Below, piece by piece: positions 1-8,960 of a stretch of 64,000 nt of DNA. How positions within the stretch are numbered: position 1 is the stretch's first letter; every line of letters starts with the position of its first letter. The stretch comes from an uncultured Fibrobacterota bacterium. Its GTDB lineage: Bacteria; Fibrobacterota; Chitinivibrionia; Chitinivibrionales; FEN-1185. The notes under the pieces are model-generated. The model saw only the letters and a list, made by a program, of their open reading frames with translations, was not told the origin of the DNA and searched no databases. The translations under genes and the position numbers were made by a program. Location of the stretch: positions 275,840-339,839 of the forward strand of contig CAVWBU010000024.1 in the NCBI GenBank assembly GCA_963753345.1. The letters run 5' to 3'.

Positions 1-870
1 TCATCTTCGCCTGCGTCATCCCGGCAGGACGAGTTCTCCTCCGAGACAAAACAGGCATTGGCGCAATCCGAACAGCCGACTTCTTCGCAGTCCCTGGAAA
101 CCAGGGGCGCGAAAAAGGTCGAGGCCGACGCGTACGATTCTCTGTTCAAGGCCGCGATGCATAGAAACAAGCACTTCACCTCTGATTTCCTTGAGAAAGT
201 TGCATTTCTCTGGGACAAAAAAGATGAAAAAGGACTTGTATACCCCGGAAACGCCTCCCTGCAGAAAATGGCGAACCCAAAAGAATTGCTCACCAGGTAC
301 GAACGGGAGACGTATCAGCACTACGAGGAAGTTCTCATCGAGCCCATTTCAAAGACGCACTACCGCCCGGGCGACACGGTCGATATCTTTCATTCCGAGG
401 GGATCATGAAATACAGGGGAAACCCCGTGAATCTGGTCCACCGTGTTGCCAGAGGCTGCATTCAATCCGTAGGTGACAAAAAGACAAGCGCCATCCTCTT
501 CAAAATATGGGACATAGTACAAAACGGGGACAGAGTCGATACTGTGGCCCATTTCGCCAACCTCGAGCTGGACACGCTTGTGGACCCGAACACTTCCATT
601 AAGGGAACCGTTTTTCTGCGTGTTGAAAACACCGACCTTCCGTACCTATTTCAAACCTTTATTCTCGACAAAGGCTCAAAGGACGGCGTGATGATCGGCG
701 ATGTGTTTGCGGTCCATGCAAAGAACGATCCCATTTTCGACAGACCTTCTGCCGTTGCCTGCGCGGTGCGCGTCGACGAGACCTCAAGCACGCTGGCCCT
801 GGAGAAACTCGTAAGTTCGATCGGCGCCGGCGACACGGTTTCCCTCGTGAAGCGGATCCGGTTCAAATAG
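1..870 (+). CDS. C-terminal part of an exported protein, possibly LysM/FlgT-C-like (5' end outside window)
   Basis: Frame 1 is open from base 1 to TAG at 868-870; C-terminal motif ILDKGSKDGVMIGDVFAV resembles FlgT_C-like/TsaP-like beta domains. Confidence 0.5.
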   Translation, partial: SSSPASSRQDEFSSETKQALAQSEQPTSSQSLETRGAKKVEADAYDSLFKAAMHRNKHFTSDFLEKVAFLWDKKDEKGLVYPGNASLQKMANPKELLTRYERETYQHYEEVLIEPISKTHYRPGDTVDIFHSEGIMKYRGNPVNLVHRVARGCIQSVGDKKTSAILFKIWDIVQNGDRVDTVAHFANLELDTLVDPNTSIKGTVFLRVENTDLPYLFQTFILDKGSKDGVMIGDVFAVHAKNDPIFDRPSAVACAVRVDETSSTLALEKLVSSIGAGDTVSLVKRIRFK

Positions 871-877
871 AAAACAG

Positions 878-1102
878 GTGGGAATAGTGGCCAGATTCTT
901 TCTCCGTCTCGGCGGAGTGCTGTTTTTCAACAAACACCGCAAGAGTGTCCGCAGCAGCGTTATTCTTCTGCTCACGAACCTTCTTCTTTTGGCCGGCATC
1001 ATCTTTACCGTTGAAATAGTCCTCATTTTTCTGGGCATCGGGAATGTGTTCGTGCCCATGACCAGCGCCGCGTGGGATTTTCTCACCAAGCTTGTATATT
1101 GA
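878..1102 (+). CDS. small membrane protein
   Basis: 74 aa ORF 7 nt after the upstream stop; long hydrophobic stretch VILLLTNLLLLAGIIFTVEIVLIFLGI. Confidence 0.55.
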   Translation: MGIVARFFLRLGGVLFFNKHRKSVRSSVILLLTNLLLLAGIIFTVEIVLIFLGIGNVFVPMTSAAWDFLTKLVY

Positions 1103-1333
1103 CGTCCGCGCATCTGCGCTCATCCGATTTTTTTCCGCTTCGACATCCTCGCACTTCGGCAGCCCCGCTCGACATGAATCCAAGGCAGCCTTCGTGGCTG
1201 ACTGATTGCACTTTTTACGGATAGAAACTATTTTGGAAACAGGTTCAAGAGCCCGGCGTCCTGGGCAGTGGGCTTTGCACGTGAGCGTCGAAAACCAAAC
1301 AATCCCGTCACCCGCACTGCGAGGGAAATATCC

Positions 1334-2599
1334 ATGACTTCATACCGTTCATCCGTAGGCTATCCCAATGTTCTCGGAATGATCATGGCCGGAGGCGAAG
1401 GGTCCAGGCTCCACCCGCTCACCAACGAACGTGCGAAACCGGCCGTATATTTCGGCGGCAAGTACAGGATTGTCGACTTTGTCCTCAACAACTTCATCAA
1501 TTCCGGGATTTTCAAGATAAAAGTCCTTACCCAGTTCAAGTCGGATTCACTCATCAAGCACCTTACGACCGGATGGAACCTCAACCGAATGCTTGGCCAG
1601 TACATCGACCCGGTTCCCGCGCAAATGCGAACCGGCAAGAATTGGTATATGGGCACCGCGGACGCAATATTCCAGAACTTCAACCTCATCGAGGATGAAA
1701 ATCCGGACTACATCGCGGTGTTCGGCGCCGATCACATTTACAAAATGGATATTTCCCAGATGCTCGATTTTCACCGGCGCGCAGGCGCCGTGGCAACCGT
1801 GGTTGCAATTCCGAAACCCGTTGAGGAAGCTTCGGCCTTCGGCATCATAGAAATCGATACCGACGGCCGGATGATCGGGTTCGAGGAGAAACCCAAGAAT
1901 CCCAGAACCATTCCCGGCAACTCCGGGATGGTCCTGGTGTCCATGGGAAACTACATTTTCAACAGGAAGTTTCTCGTTCGCGAACTGTTCAACGATGCCT
2001 CGCTTAGCGGCTCCTCTCACGACTTCGGCAAAGACGTAATTCCAAAAATCTTCCACAACTATCCGATCTATGTGTGGGACTTCTCCAACAACCGGATTCC
2101 CGGAGAGACGCCGCAGCAGAACATTTACTGGAAGGACGTGGGCAGCATAGACGCCTATTATGAGGCAAATATGACCCTTCGGGATGTGGTTCCTGAGATA
2201 AATCTCTACAACGAGGCATGGCCCATCCGCACCGCTCCAGGCCAATCGCCGCCCGCAAAATTCGTCTTTTCCGGGGAGCCACCCGAAAAACGAAAAGGCG
2301 AAGCACTCGACTCTATTCTGAGCGGAGGCTGCATCGTAAGCGGCGGCAGGGTCATCCGCTCTGTCCTGTCGCGCGGTGTGCGGGTTCACAGCCTGGCCGT
2401 CGTCGAGGACTCAATTATCTTCCCGGACGTGCAGGTCAGCGAAAAAGCCCATATCCGGCGTACCATCATCGACCGCGGCGTCCAGATTATGCCGGGTGAG
2501 AGGATAGGGTTCAATATCGAGGAAGACCGCAAGCGTTTCACGGTGAGCGAATCAGGCATTGTGGTCATAAGTCAACCGTCAAAAAACATCCTTCCGTAG
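1334..2599 (+). CDS. glgC: glucose-1-phosphate adenylyltransferase
   Basis: Motifs MAGGEGSRLHPLTNERAKPAVYFGGKYRIVDF, GTADAIFQN, GADHIYKMD, HDFGKD; start set at ATG 1334 after GAGGG. Confidence 0.97.
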   Translation: MTSYRSSVGYPNVLGMIMAGGEGSRLHPLTNERAKPAVYFGGKYRIVDFVLNNFINSGIFKIKVLTQFKSDSLIKHLTTGWNLNRMLGQYIDPVPAQMRTGKNWYMGTADAIFQNFNLIEDENPDYIAVFGADHIYKMDISQMLDFHRRAGAVATVVAIPKPVEEASAFGIIEIDTDGRMIGFEEKPKNPRTIPGNSGMVLVSMGNYIFNRKFLVRELFNDASLSGSSHDFGKDVIPKIFHNYPIYVWDFSNNRIPGETPQQNIYWKDVGSIDAYYEANMTLRDVVPEINLYNEAWPIRTAPGQSPPAKFVFSGEPPEKRKGEALDSILSGGCIVSGGRVIRSVLSRGVRVHSLAVVEDSIIFPDVQVSEKAHIRRTIIDRGVQIMPGERIGFNIEEDRKRFTVSESGIVVISQPSKNILP

Positions 2600-2732
2600 G
2601 CATGCATTGATGTAATTTTGGCAAGGCAAAATTCCTCGCGCACTTAATCGTATTGTGGACGGAAAGGATTATGATGAGTGTTTGGAAATCAAGAGGTTAA
2701 TCGTTTAAACGCGTGCCTCTTGCACGTGTTTA

Positions 2733-2741
2733 TGGTATAAT
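2733..2741 (+). promoter_or_regulatory. extended -10 promoter element (TGnTATAAT)
   Basis: TGGTATAAT about 40 nt upstream of the sigma-factor ATG; no good -35 seen. Confidence 0.45.
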
Positions 2742-2780
2742 TTGTGGGGTGCAGCTAACTTATAACAGCAATTCTTTATT

Positions 2781-3620
2781 ATGCCGACAAGAACTGAATC
2801 GCTTTATTTCCGGGACATCAACCGCTTCCGCATCCTTTCGGAAGAGGAAGAGCGGGAAGTCATTAGTGCTGTTCAGAAAAACAAGAACGGCGCCATTTCG
2901 ACCCTCATAACCAGCAACCTCAGGTTTGTCGTAAGCGTGGCCCGGCGCTACCGGGGGAGAGGGCTGAGTTTTCTCGAACTTATCAACGAAGGCAACATCG
3001 GCCTTCTCAAGGCCGCCAAGCGCTTTGACCTTGAAAATAAGGTGAAGTTCATCTCCTATGCCGTCTGGTGGATCCGCCAGTCCATCCAGAAAGCCCTGTT
3101 CGAACAGACCGGAACGGTCCGGATCCCGCCCAACAAGATTGCTCTCCTTTCGAAATTCAAGAAGGCGCTTGACAGAAATTCCGGCGACTACCTGCGCACC
3201 ATCGACATGACGGATTTCAAGGACCACGAGCAGGACATCATCGATGTCATGGACAAGCTCAGGGGGATCTCGCTTGACGCGCCGGTAGGCAGCGGCAACC
3301 AGTCCGCGGAAGGCGACTCCACCAAGACGCTGCAAGATATTCTGGGTGAAGATCCGAGCCAGGACAGCGAAAGCGAACGCCGAGAACTCGGCAAGGTGCT
3401 CGACAACGTGCTCCAGAATATCACCAGCAGGGAGGAGCGGATCCTCCGGATGTACTACGGACTCAATTTCTCAAAGCAATTCACGCTCGAGGAGATCGGC
3501 AAGGAACTCAAGCTCACCCGCGAGCGTGTTCGGCTCATCCGCGACCGATCACTCAGGAAACTTTTCAGAAATCCCGCGTCCCGCGCAAAGCTTTCCTTGT
3601 TTATTCAGGCCCGCAAGTAG
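2781..3620 (+). CDS. RpoD/RpoS-family sigma-70 factor lacking region 1.1
   Basis: Region 2 NLRFVVSVARRYRGRGLSFLELINEGNIGL...KFISYAVWWIRQSI; region 4 HTH TLEEIGKELKLTRERVRLI; 279 aa. Confidence 0.93.
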   Translation: MPTRTESLYFRDINRFRILSEEEEREVISAVQKNKNGAISTLITSNLRFVVSVARRYRGRGLSFLELINEGNIGLLKAAKRFDLENKVKFISYAVWWIRQSIQKALFEQTGTVRIPPNKIALLSKFKKALDRNSGDYLRTIDMTDFKDHEQDIIDVMDKLRGISLDAPVGSGNQSAEGDSTKTLQDILGEDPSQDSESERRELGKVLDNVLQNITSREERILRMYYGLNFSKQFTLEEIGKELKLTRERVRLIRDRSLRKLFRNPASRAKLSLFIQARK

Positions 3621-3832
3621 CCCTTGGCCGCAGCTTCGCTTTTTCGGCGTCCCTCAATTTTTTCTTGGAGAACGCACGTCGGGAATGCATATTGTATGAC
3701 ATGCGGGAATTCCTTCCCTGTCCGGGGAAAGCGCCGACCCCGTCTGCTCCGAGCGCTGCTTCCGCCGACCCGGACATTGCAAACGCCGTTTTATAGAATC
3801 AGCGGTTTCATGTCAACCAACCGGATGCGGCC

Positions 3833-4267
3833 ATGTTCTTCTGGAAACACAAGATAATTTCACTTCTTGTTATTGCGGGGATAGCTTATTTCTTTGTCAA
3901 TCCCCCCCACAAGTTCGGTCTTGCAACCGGCAACTTCGTTGTGTTCAACCGCATTCCGATAACCGGGCTCGACCTCTTCATCGATTTCGATGGCGTAGTG
4001 AGGCCCATGATGAACCTCGGCGGAACCGACAATCGCAGAGAGTGGACGAAGTCCATTCTCGAAACACCGCCCGAAGAGGACATGCTTCTCATTGTCGGAA
4101 CGGGGTTCGGTGCGGCATCATTTCAGTTGAGCGATTCTCTCGTTATGCTGCTCAACACCAGAAACATTCGCAGTAGCCAGGTCCCGTCCGCCCAGGCGGT
4201 ACAGCAGTATAACGCCGCCCTCGACCAGAAAAAGAAGGTCGCCCTTCTTCTAACGATAAAGAAATAA
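3833..4267 (+). CDS. membrane-anchored Mth938-like domain protein
   Basis: N-terminal hydrophobic anchor; LLIVGTG ... SAQAVQQYN ... KKVALLL pattern of the Mth938/AAMDC fold. Confidence 0.6.
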   Translation: MFFWKHKIISLLVIAGIAYFFVNPPHKFGLATGNFVVFNRIPITGLDLFIDFDGVVRPMMNLGGTDNRREWTKSILETPPEEDMLLIVGTGFGAASFQLSDSLVMLLNTRNIRSSQVPSAQAVQQYNAALDQKKKVALLLTIKK

Positions 4268-4273
4268 ACGTGA

Positions 4274-4289
4274 TGTGACGGCGGTCACA
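4274..4289. promoter_or_regulatory. CRP/FNR-family binding site upstream of tssA
   Basis: TGTGACGGCGGTCACA matches TGTGA-N6-TCACA exactly; intergenic. Confidence 0.6.
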
Positions 4290-4439
4290 GCCGGGCGAAA
4301 GCTGCGCGTTTTATCTTCTTTTGTACTGTGTTCGCGGCAAGCCCTTTGCCATCCAAAAAATGTGCCGCGCAAGGGCGATTACTATATTCTTGTTTTCCGT
4401 TCGGCCACCCGACCATGCCATTGCACAAGGAGACGTCCT

Positions 4440-5954
4440 ATTTCCGAGCTTCTTGACATTATCGTAAAACCCGTTCCGGGCGACGCCCCCATGGGCGCCA
4501 ATATCAACTACGATGCCGATTTCGACGCCTGCAAGGGTGAAATCGGCAAGATCGGCAACATAGATTACGGGGTTGTCGAGACATCGTGCAGGAAACTCCT
4601 TGCCAAAAAATCCAAGGACATGCGGCTTCTTTGCTTTCTAGGCTTCACGTATCTTCGAAGCGCAAAATGGGAATTCCTCGCTGATGTGTTTGAAGGGTTT
4701 GTCAAGCTTTGCACGCAAAACTTCGACGCGATGTTTCCCGACCGGGAACGCGCAAAATTTAATGCGATAAAATGGCTTTCCGAGCCGCGCTTCAACGAAA
4801 CCGCGGCCGCCCAGAAACCGGACGAGGCGGATTATCCGCATGTTGCCCGGCTGCTTGAAAACCTGACATCCCTCAAAGGCTTTCTCCAGGAGAAATTTCC
4901 CGAAGGCTCGCCGTTCCCTTCCGGCTTCCATACTGCGGTTCAGAATTGGGAAAAGGCATGCAAGCCCAAGCCGAAGCCCGATGCCGCAGCCGCTGCTGCG
5001 GGCGGAACCGCCGCGGCAGAGGCGATGGATACGCCGAAGCAGGCCCAGCTTTCGGCCAGGAAAGCCGCGTACTTTCTTATCGAGAAGGAGCCCCAACGGC
5101 CCATGGGTTTCAGGCTCATGCGTTCCATCCGCTGGGATATTTTTGATAAGGTCCCGCCGAACGAAAATGGAAAGACCCAGCTGGCGCCGCCGGCGGCGGA
5201 GCTCATTGCGGCGCTTGGGGCAATGATTGCGAACAAGGAATTCAAACCAGCGCTTGATAAAACGGAAGTCGCCTTCACAACCGGCGCCAACCATCTGTGG
5301 CTGGGGCTCCAGCGGATCGGCGTGGAGGCGTGCCGGGGCCTCGGCGAATCCTACAGGGCCGTGGAACAGGCCATTGTGTACGAAACGGGTTTTTTCGTCA
5401 AACGGCTGCCCGACATCGCCAAACTTTCCTTTTCCGACGGCTCGCCCTTCTGCGACGACGCGACCAGGGAATGGCTTTCAAAACAGGTGCTGCCACTTCT
5501 CTCATCCGGAGGCACCCCGGGAGCGACAAAGGATACGGAGGCCTCCGCCGGCGATAGAGTTGAAGCCGAAAAGAAACAGGTGTCAACGCTCAGCGCATCG
5601 GGAAAGACGGAAGCGGCGCTGGATCTTCTGCAGAATGCCATCCGCAACTCGTCGAATGAACGGGACAATTTCAGACGGTCCATCATCATGTGCAACATGC
5701 TGGCGACCGCGAAGCAGCCGGACATCGCCCTTTCGATCCTCGAATCCCTCGACGGAAAGATCCAGCTGTATCATCTTGATAAATGGGACCCTGACCTCGC
5801 CGTTGACGCATGGAGCATCATGGTCAAGGTTCTCAAAGTCGCGCGGGCGAACAAGCCCGCTCCGCTTCAGGCAGGCATGACCGAGAAACAAAACACTATA
5901 TTAAGTAAGATCAGTCAAATCGATCCCAAGAAAGCGTTTTCACTCACCTCATAA
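4440..5954 (+). CDS. tssA: type VI secretion protein TssA (ImpA_N + VasJ-type domain), probable ATT start
   Basis: ImpA_N-like IVKPVPGDAPMGANINYDADF, KSKDMRL; VasJ-like RSIRWD, WLGLQR, LSFSDGSPFCDDATREW; directly upstream of tssB; AAGGAG at 4427-4432 is 7 nt before ATT 4440. Confidence 0.85.
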   Translation: MSELLDIIVKPVPGDAPMGANINYDADFDACKGEIGKIGNIDYGVVETSCRKLLAKKSKDMRLLCFLGFTYLRSAKWEFLADVFEGFVKLCTQNFDAMFPDRERAKFNAIKWLSEPRFNETAAAQKPDEADYPHVARLLENLTSLKGFLQEKFPEGSPFPSGFHTAVQNWEKACKPKPKPDAAAAAAGGTAAAEAMDTPKQAQLSARKAAYFLIEKEPQRPMGFRLMRSIRWDIFDKVPPNENGKTQLAPPAAELIAALGAMIANKEFKPALDKTEVAFTTGANHLWLGLQRIGVEACRGLGESYRAVEQAIVYETGFFVKRLPDIAKLSFSDGSPFCDDATREWLSKQVLPLLSSGGTPGATKDTEASAGDRVEAEKKQVSTLSASGKTEAALDLLQNAIRNSSNERDNFRRSIIMCNMLATAKQPDIALSILESLDGKIQLYHLDKWDPDLAVDAWSIMVKVLKVARANKPAPLQAGMTEKQNTILSKISQIDPKKAFSLTS

Positions 5955-5979
5955 TCACCTTCAGGAAAGGTAGGTTTGT

Positions 5980-6492
5980 ATGGCTGGCAGTTTCCAAAAC
6001 GAAATACCCCCTGCCCGTATCAACCTCAAGCTCGACGTGGGCAAGGGCGGAGCCAAGAAGAAGATCGAATTGCCTCTCAAGACGCTCGTGGTAGGAGACT
6101 TCTCCTTCAAGAAACGCGGCGAACGCGTTTCCGACCGGGAAAAGATCAGCATCAACAAGGAGAACTTCACGCAGGTGATGGGAAGCATGGACCTGCAATT
6201 GAACTACAACGTCGAGAACAAACTCACCGGCGCCGGCGACCTCAAGGTTGACCTGAAAGTCAAGAACATGGACTCGTTCAAGCCCGAAAACGTCGCCAAG
6301 AGCATCCCCGCGCTGTCCAAAATGCTTGCAGCCCGAAACCTTCTGAAGGACCTGAAATCGAACCTGCTTGACAACAGGGAATTCCGCAAGCGCCTCGAGG
6401 AAATCATCAAGGACCCTGGCGCCATGAAGTCCCTGCAGGACGAACTCAAAAAAATCGTGGCCGAGGAACAGAAAGCGGAAGAAAAGAAATAG
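5980..6492 (+). CDS. tssB: T6SS contractile sheath small subunit
   Basis: SFQNEIPPARINLKLD, KKIELPLKTLVVGDFS, DSFKPENVA, LAARNLLKDLKS. Confidence 0.96.
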   Translation: MAGSFQNEIPPARINLKLDVGKGGAKKKIELPLKTLVVGDFSFKKRGERVSDREKISINKENFTQVMGSMDLQLNYNVENKLTGAGDLKVDLKVKNMDSFKPENVAKSIPALSKMLAARNLLKDLKSNLLDNREFRKRLEEIIKDPGAMKSLQDELKKIVAEEQKAEEKK

Positions 6493-6543
6493 GGCGCGAC
6501 CTTTCATTACCACCGATCACCACCAAAACGAGGAGCTTTCATT

Positions 6544-8064
6544 ATGGCAGAACAGGAAAAACAGGCGGCCGGGAAGCAGGCGCAGGACGCCCACGGCCTC
6601 GAATACATCTATCAGACCATGAACCTCTCCATTCCAAAAAAACAGATTGACATATCGGAATATAAAAACACCGAAGTGCTCGCCGACAGCGACGCCAACG
6701 AGCGCATCAGCGCCGCGCTTTCGGTTTTTGTCGAAAGCGTAGCCGCCTCAAGCCAGAGCATCGACAGGATCGACAAGGCGATGCTCGACCATCACATCAG
6801 CGAAATAGACAGGAAGCTGTCGCTCCAAATTGACGAGATCATGCACCATGCCAACTTCCAGAAGATGGAAGCGGCATGGCGGAGCCTCAAGTTCCTTGTC
6901 GACCGTATCGATTTCAAGAAAAATGCCAAACTCGACATTCTTGACGCATCGAAAGAAGACCTCGCCGAGGACTTCGAAGACGCGCCGGAAACAATCCAGT
7001 CGGGCCTTTACAAACACGTATACGTGAGCGAATACGACACCCCCGGCGGCGAACCGTACGGGTCACTCGTTTCGAATTTCGAGTTCGACAGCGGCCCCTC
7101 CGACATCACCCTTCTGCAGAACGTGTCGAAGGTGTCGGCCGCCTGCCATTGCCCGTTTTTGGGATTGGCGAGCCCCAAGTTCTTCGGTAAGGAGACAATC
7201 CAGGACCTTACCAAGATCGAGGACCTTCACAATTACATGGAACGGTCCGAGTTCCTCAAGTGGAATTCGTTCCGCCAGACCGAGGACGCTCGGTACGTGG
7301 GACTCATGCTTCCCCGCTTCATGCTCAGGCTCCCCTACGGCCCGGACACGCAGCCCGTCAAGGAATTCAATTACACCGAGAACGTAAAAGGAACCGATCA
7401 CGACAAGTACCTGTGGGGCAATTCGACGTTCGCGTTCGCTGCGAACATGGTCCGCTCCTACATCGAAAACGGATGGTGCGTCCAGATCCGCGGGCCCGAG
7501 GCCGGCGGAAAAGTGGAAGACCTGCCGGTGCACATGTACGATGTCGGAAAAGGCAAGCAGATGAAGATTCCCACGGAAATCCTCATTCCGGAAACCCGCG
7601 AATTCGAATTCGCGCAGGAAGGGTTCATTCCGCTGTCGTTCTACAAGAACCGCAACTACGCGTGCTTCTTCTCCGCCAATTCGGCGCAGAAGCCCGCGGA
7701 ATACGACAATCCGGTCATCACCGCAAACATGCGCATCAATTCCCGGCTGCCGTACATTTTCCTGGTGTCGAGAATCGCGCACTATCTCAAGGTGATCCAG
7801 AGAGAGAATATCGGGTCCACCAAGAACAAGGTGGTGCTCCAGAACGAGCTCAACGGTTGGATTAAGAATCTTGTCACCGAAATGAACGATCCGGGCCCGG
7901 ATCTCATATCGACCCATCCCCTCAAGGCGGCGGAAGTGACCGTGAACGAAATCGAGGACAACCCCGGGTTCTTCAGGGTGACGCTTTCGGTCATGCCTCA
8001 TTTCCAGATCGAGGGAATCGATATCAACCTGTCCCTCGTGTCCCAGATGCCGAAAGGAAAATAG
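6544..8064 (+). CDS. tssC: T6SS contractile sheath large subunit
   Basis: FQKMEAAWRSL, EYDTPGGEPYG, PRFMLRLPYG, IRGPEAGGKVEDLP, SRIAHYLKVIQRENIGS, PHFQ. Confidence 0.97.
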   Translation: MAEQEKQAAGKQAQDAHGLEYIYQTMNLSIPKKQIDISEYKNTEVLADSDANERISAALSVFVESVAASSQSIDRIDKAMLDHHISEIDRKLSLQIDEIMHHANFQKMEAAWRSLKFLVDRIDFKKNAKLDILDASKEDLAEDFEDAPETIQSGLYKHVYVSEYDTPGGEPYGSLVSNFEFDSGPSDITLLQNVSKVSAACHCPFLGLASPKFFGKETIQDLTKIEDLHNYMERSEFLKWNSFRQTEDARYVGLMLPRFMLRLPYGPDTQPVKEFNYTENVKGTDHDKYLWGNSTFAFAANMVRSYIENGWCVQIRGPEAGGKVEDLPVHMYDVGKGKQMKIPTEILIPETREFEFAQEGFIPLSFYKNRNYACFFSANSAQKPAEYDNPVITANMRINSRLPYIFLVSRIAHYLKVIQRENIGSTKNKVVLQNELNGWIKNLVTEMNDPGPDLISTHPLKAAEVTVNEIEDNPGFFRVTLSVMPHFQIEGIDINLSLVSQMPKGK

Positions 8065-8071
8065 CGGAAAA

Positions 8072-8103
8072 CGCCGATCTGTGACGCTCGTCACAGATCG
8101 GCG
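8072..8103. promoter_or_regulatory. perfect inverted repeat containing a CRP-type box between tssC and hcp
   Basis: CGCCGATCTGTGAC-GCTC-GTCACAGATCGGCG; core TGTGA-N6-TCACA at 8080-8095. Confidence 0.6.
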
Positions 8104-8179
8104 CCGCGCTCAAGTTTATTTTTTTTGGTAATCGGGAACAACCCGCCCCGCAAACTTTACACTGTGAAAGGAGTTTTGT

Positions 8180-8680
8180 ATGCCAATTCCCGCGTATTTG
8201 TGGCTCAAGAACGAGACCGGTGCCGACGTCAAAGGCTCCGTGGACGTGGCGAACCGCGAAGGAAGCATTGAGGTGCTCGAATTCCATCACGAAGTCCGCA
8301 TCCCCACGGACCCGGACACCGGGCGCCTCACCGGCACCCGCAAGCACGAGTCGCTCACGTTCGTCAAGGCCTTCGACGCCTCGTCGCCGTACCTGTACAA
8401 GGCCGTGTGCGAAGGCGAGACGTACAAGACCGCCGAGTTCAAATTCTACAACATTGACGACACCGGCAGCGAAAAGGAATACTTCAACTTCAAACTCGAA
8501 GGCGTCAAGGTCTGCTCGGTGAAACCGACAATGCCCAATGTAAAGGACCCGACCAAGGAGCGCTACACCCACCTCGAGGAAGTCTCCCTGCGCTACCGCA
8601 AGATCACCTGGACATTCCTCGACGGAAACCTTCAGGCCTCGGATTCATGGGCGGAGGGAAGGGAAGGCGGGAGCAAGTAG
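8180..8680 (+). CDS. hcp: T6SS tube protein Hcp (TssD)
   Basis: MPIPAYLWL...GSVDVANREGSIEV, PTDPDTGRLTGTRKH, HLEEVSLRYRKITW; AAGGAG RBS. Confidence 0.97.
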   Translation: MPIPAYLWLKNETGADVKGSVDVANREGSIEVLEFHHEVRIPTDPDTGRLTGTRKHESLTFVKAFDASSPYLYKAVCEGETYKTAEFKFYNIDDTGSEKEYFNFKLEGVKVCSVKPTMPNVKDPTKERYTHLEEVSLRYRKITWTFLDGNLQASDSWAEGREGGSK

Positions 8681-8718
8681 ATTTCCCTGCCCGTTCGCTG
8701 TTGGAAGAATCACCGTAT

Positions 8719-8748
8719 GGGGCGCCGGCTGCAGCGCCCCTTCTTATT
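8719..8748 (+). terminator. probable intrinsic terminator after hcp
   Basis: GGGGCGC...GCGCCCC stem followed by TTCTTATT. Confidence 0.55.
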
Positions 8749-8960
8749 ATGGTTACTCCGGTATCGACATTTCAGCGGACTCCGGTACAATCGCTCAGCC
8801 TGAGCACGGCTGTTGATTTTGTATGTTCAACAATGTATGTTTTCAGACTCGATAATTGCGATTATTAAACGAATTTTTCACTTCACAGGACGGCCTCCGA
8901 CTTGCCGGATATCGGGCAACATAATTCTCGGCCGTCAATCACCCAACTTTCGGAGCAATC

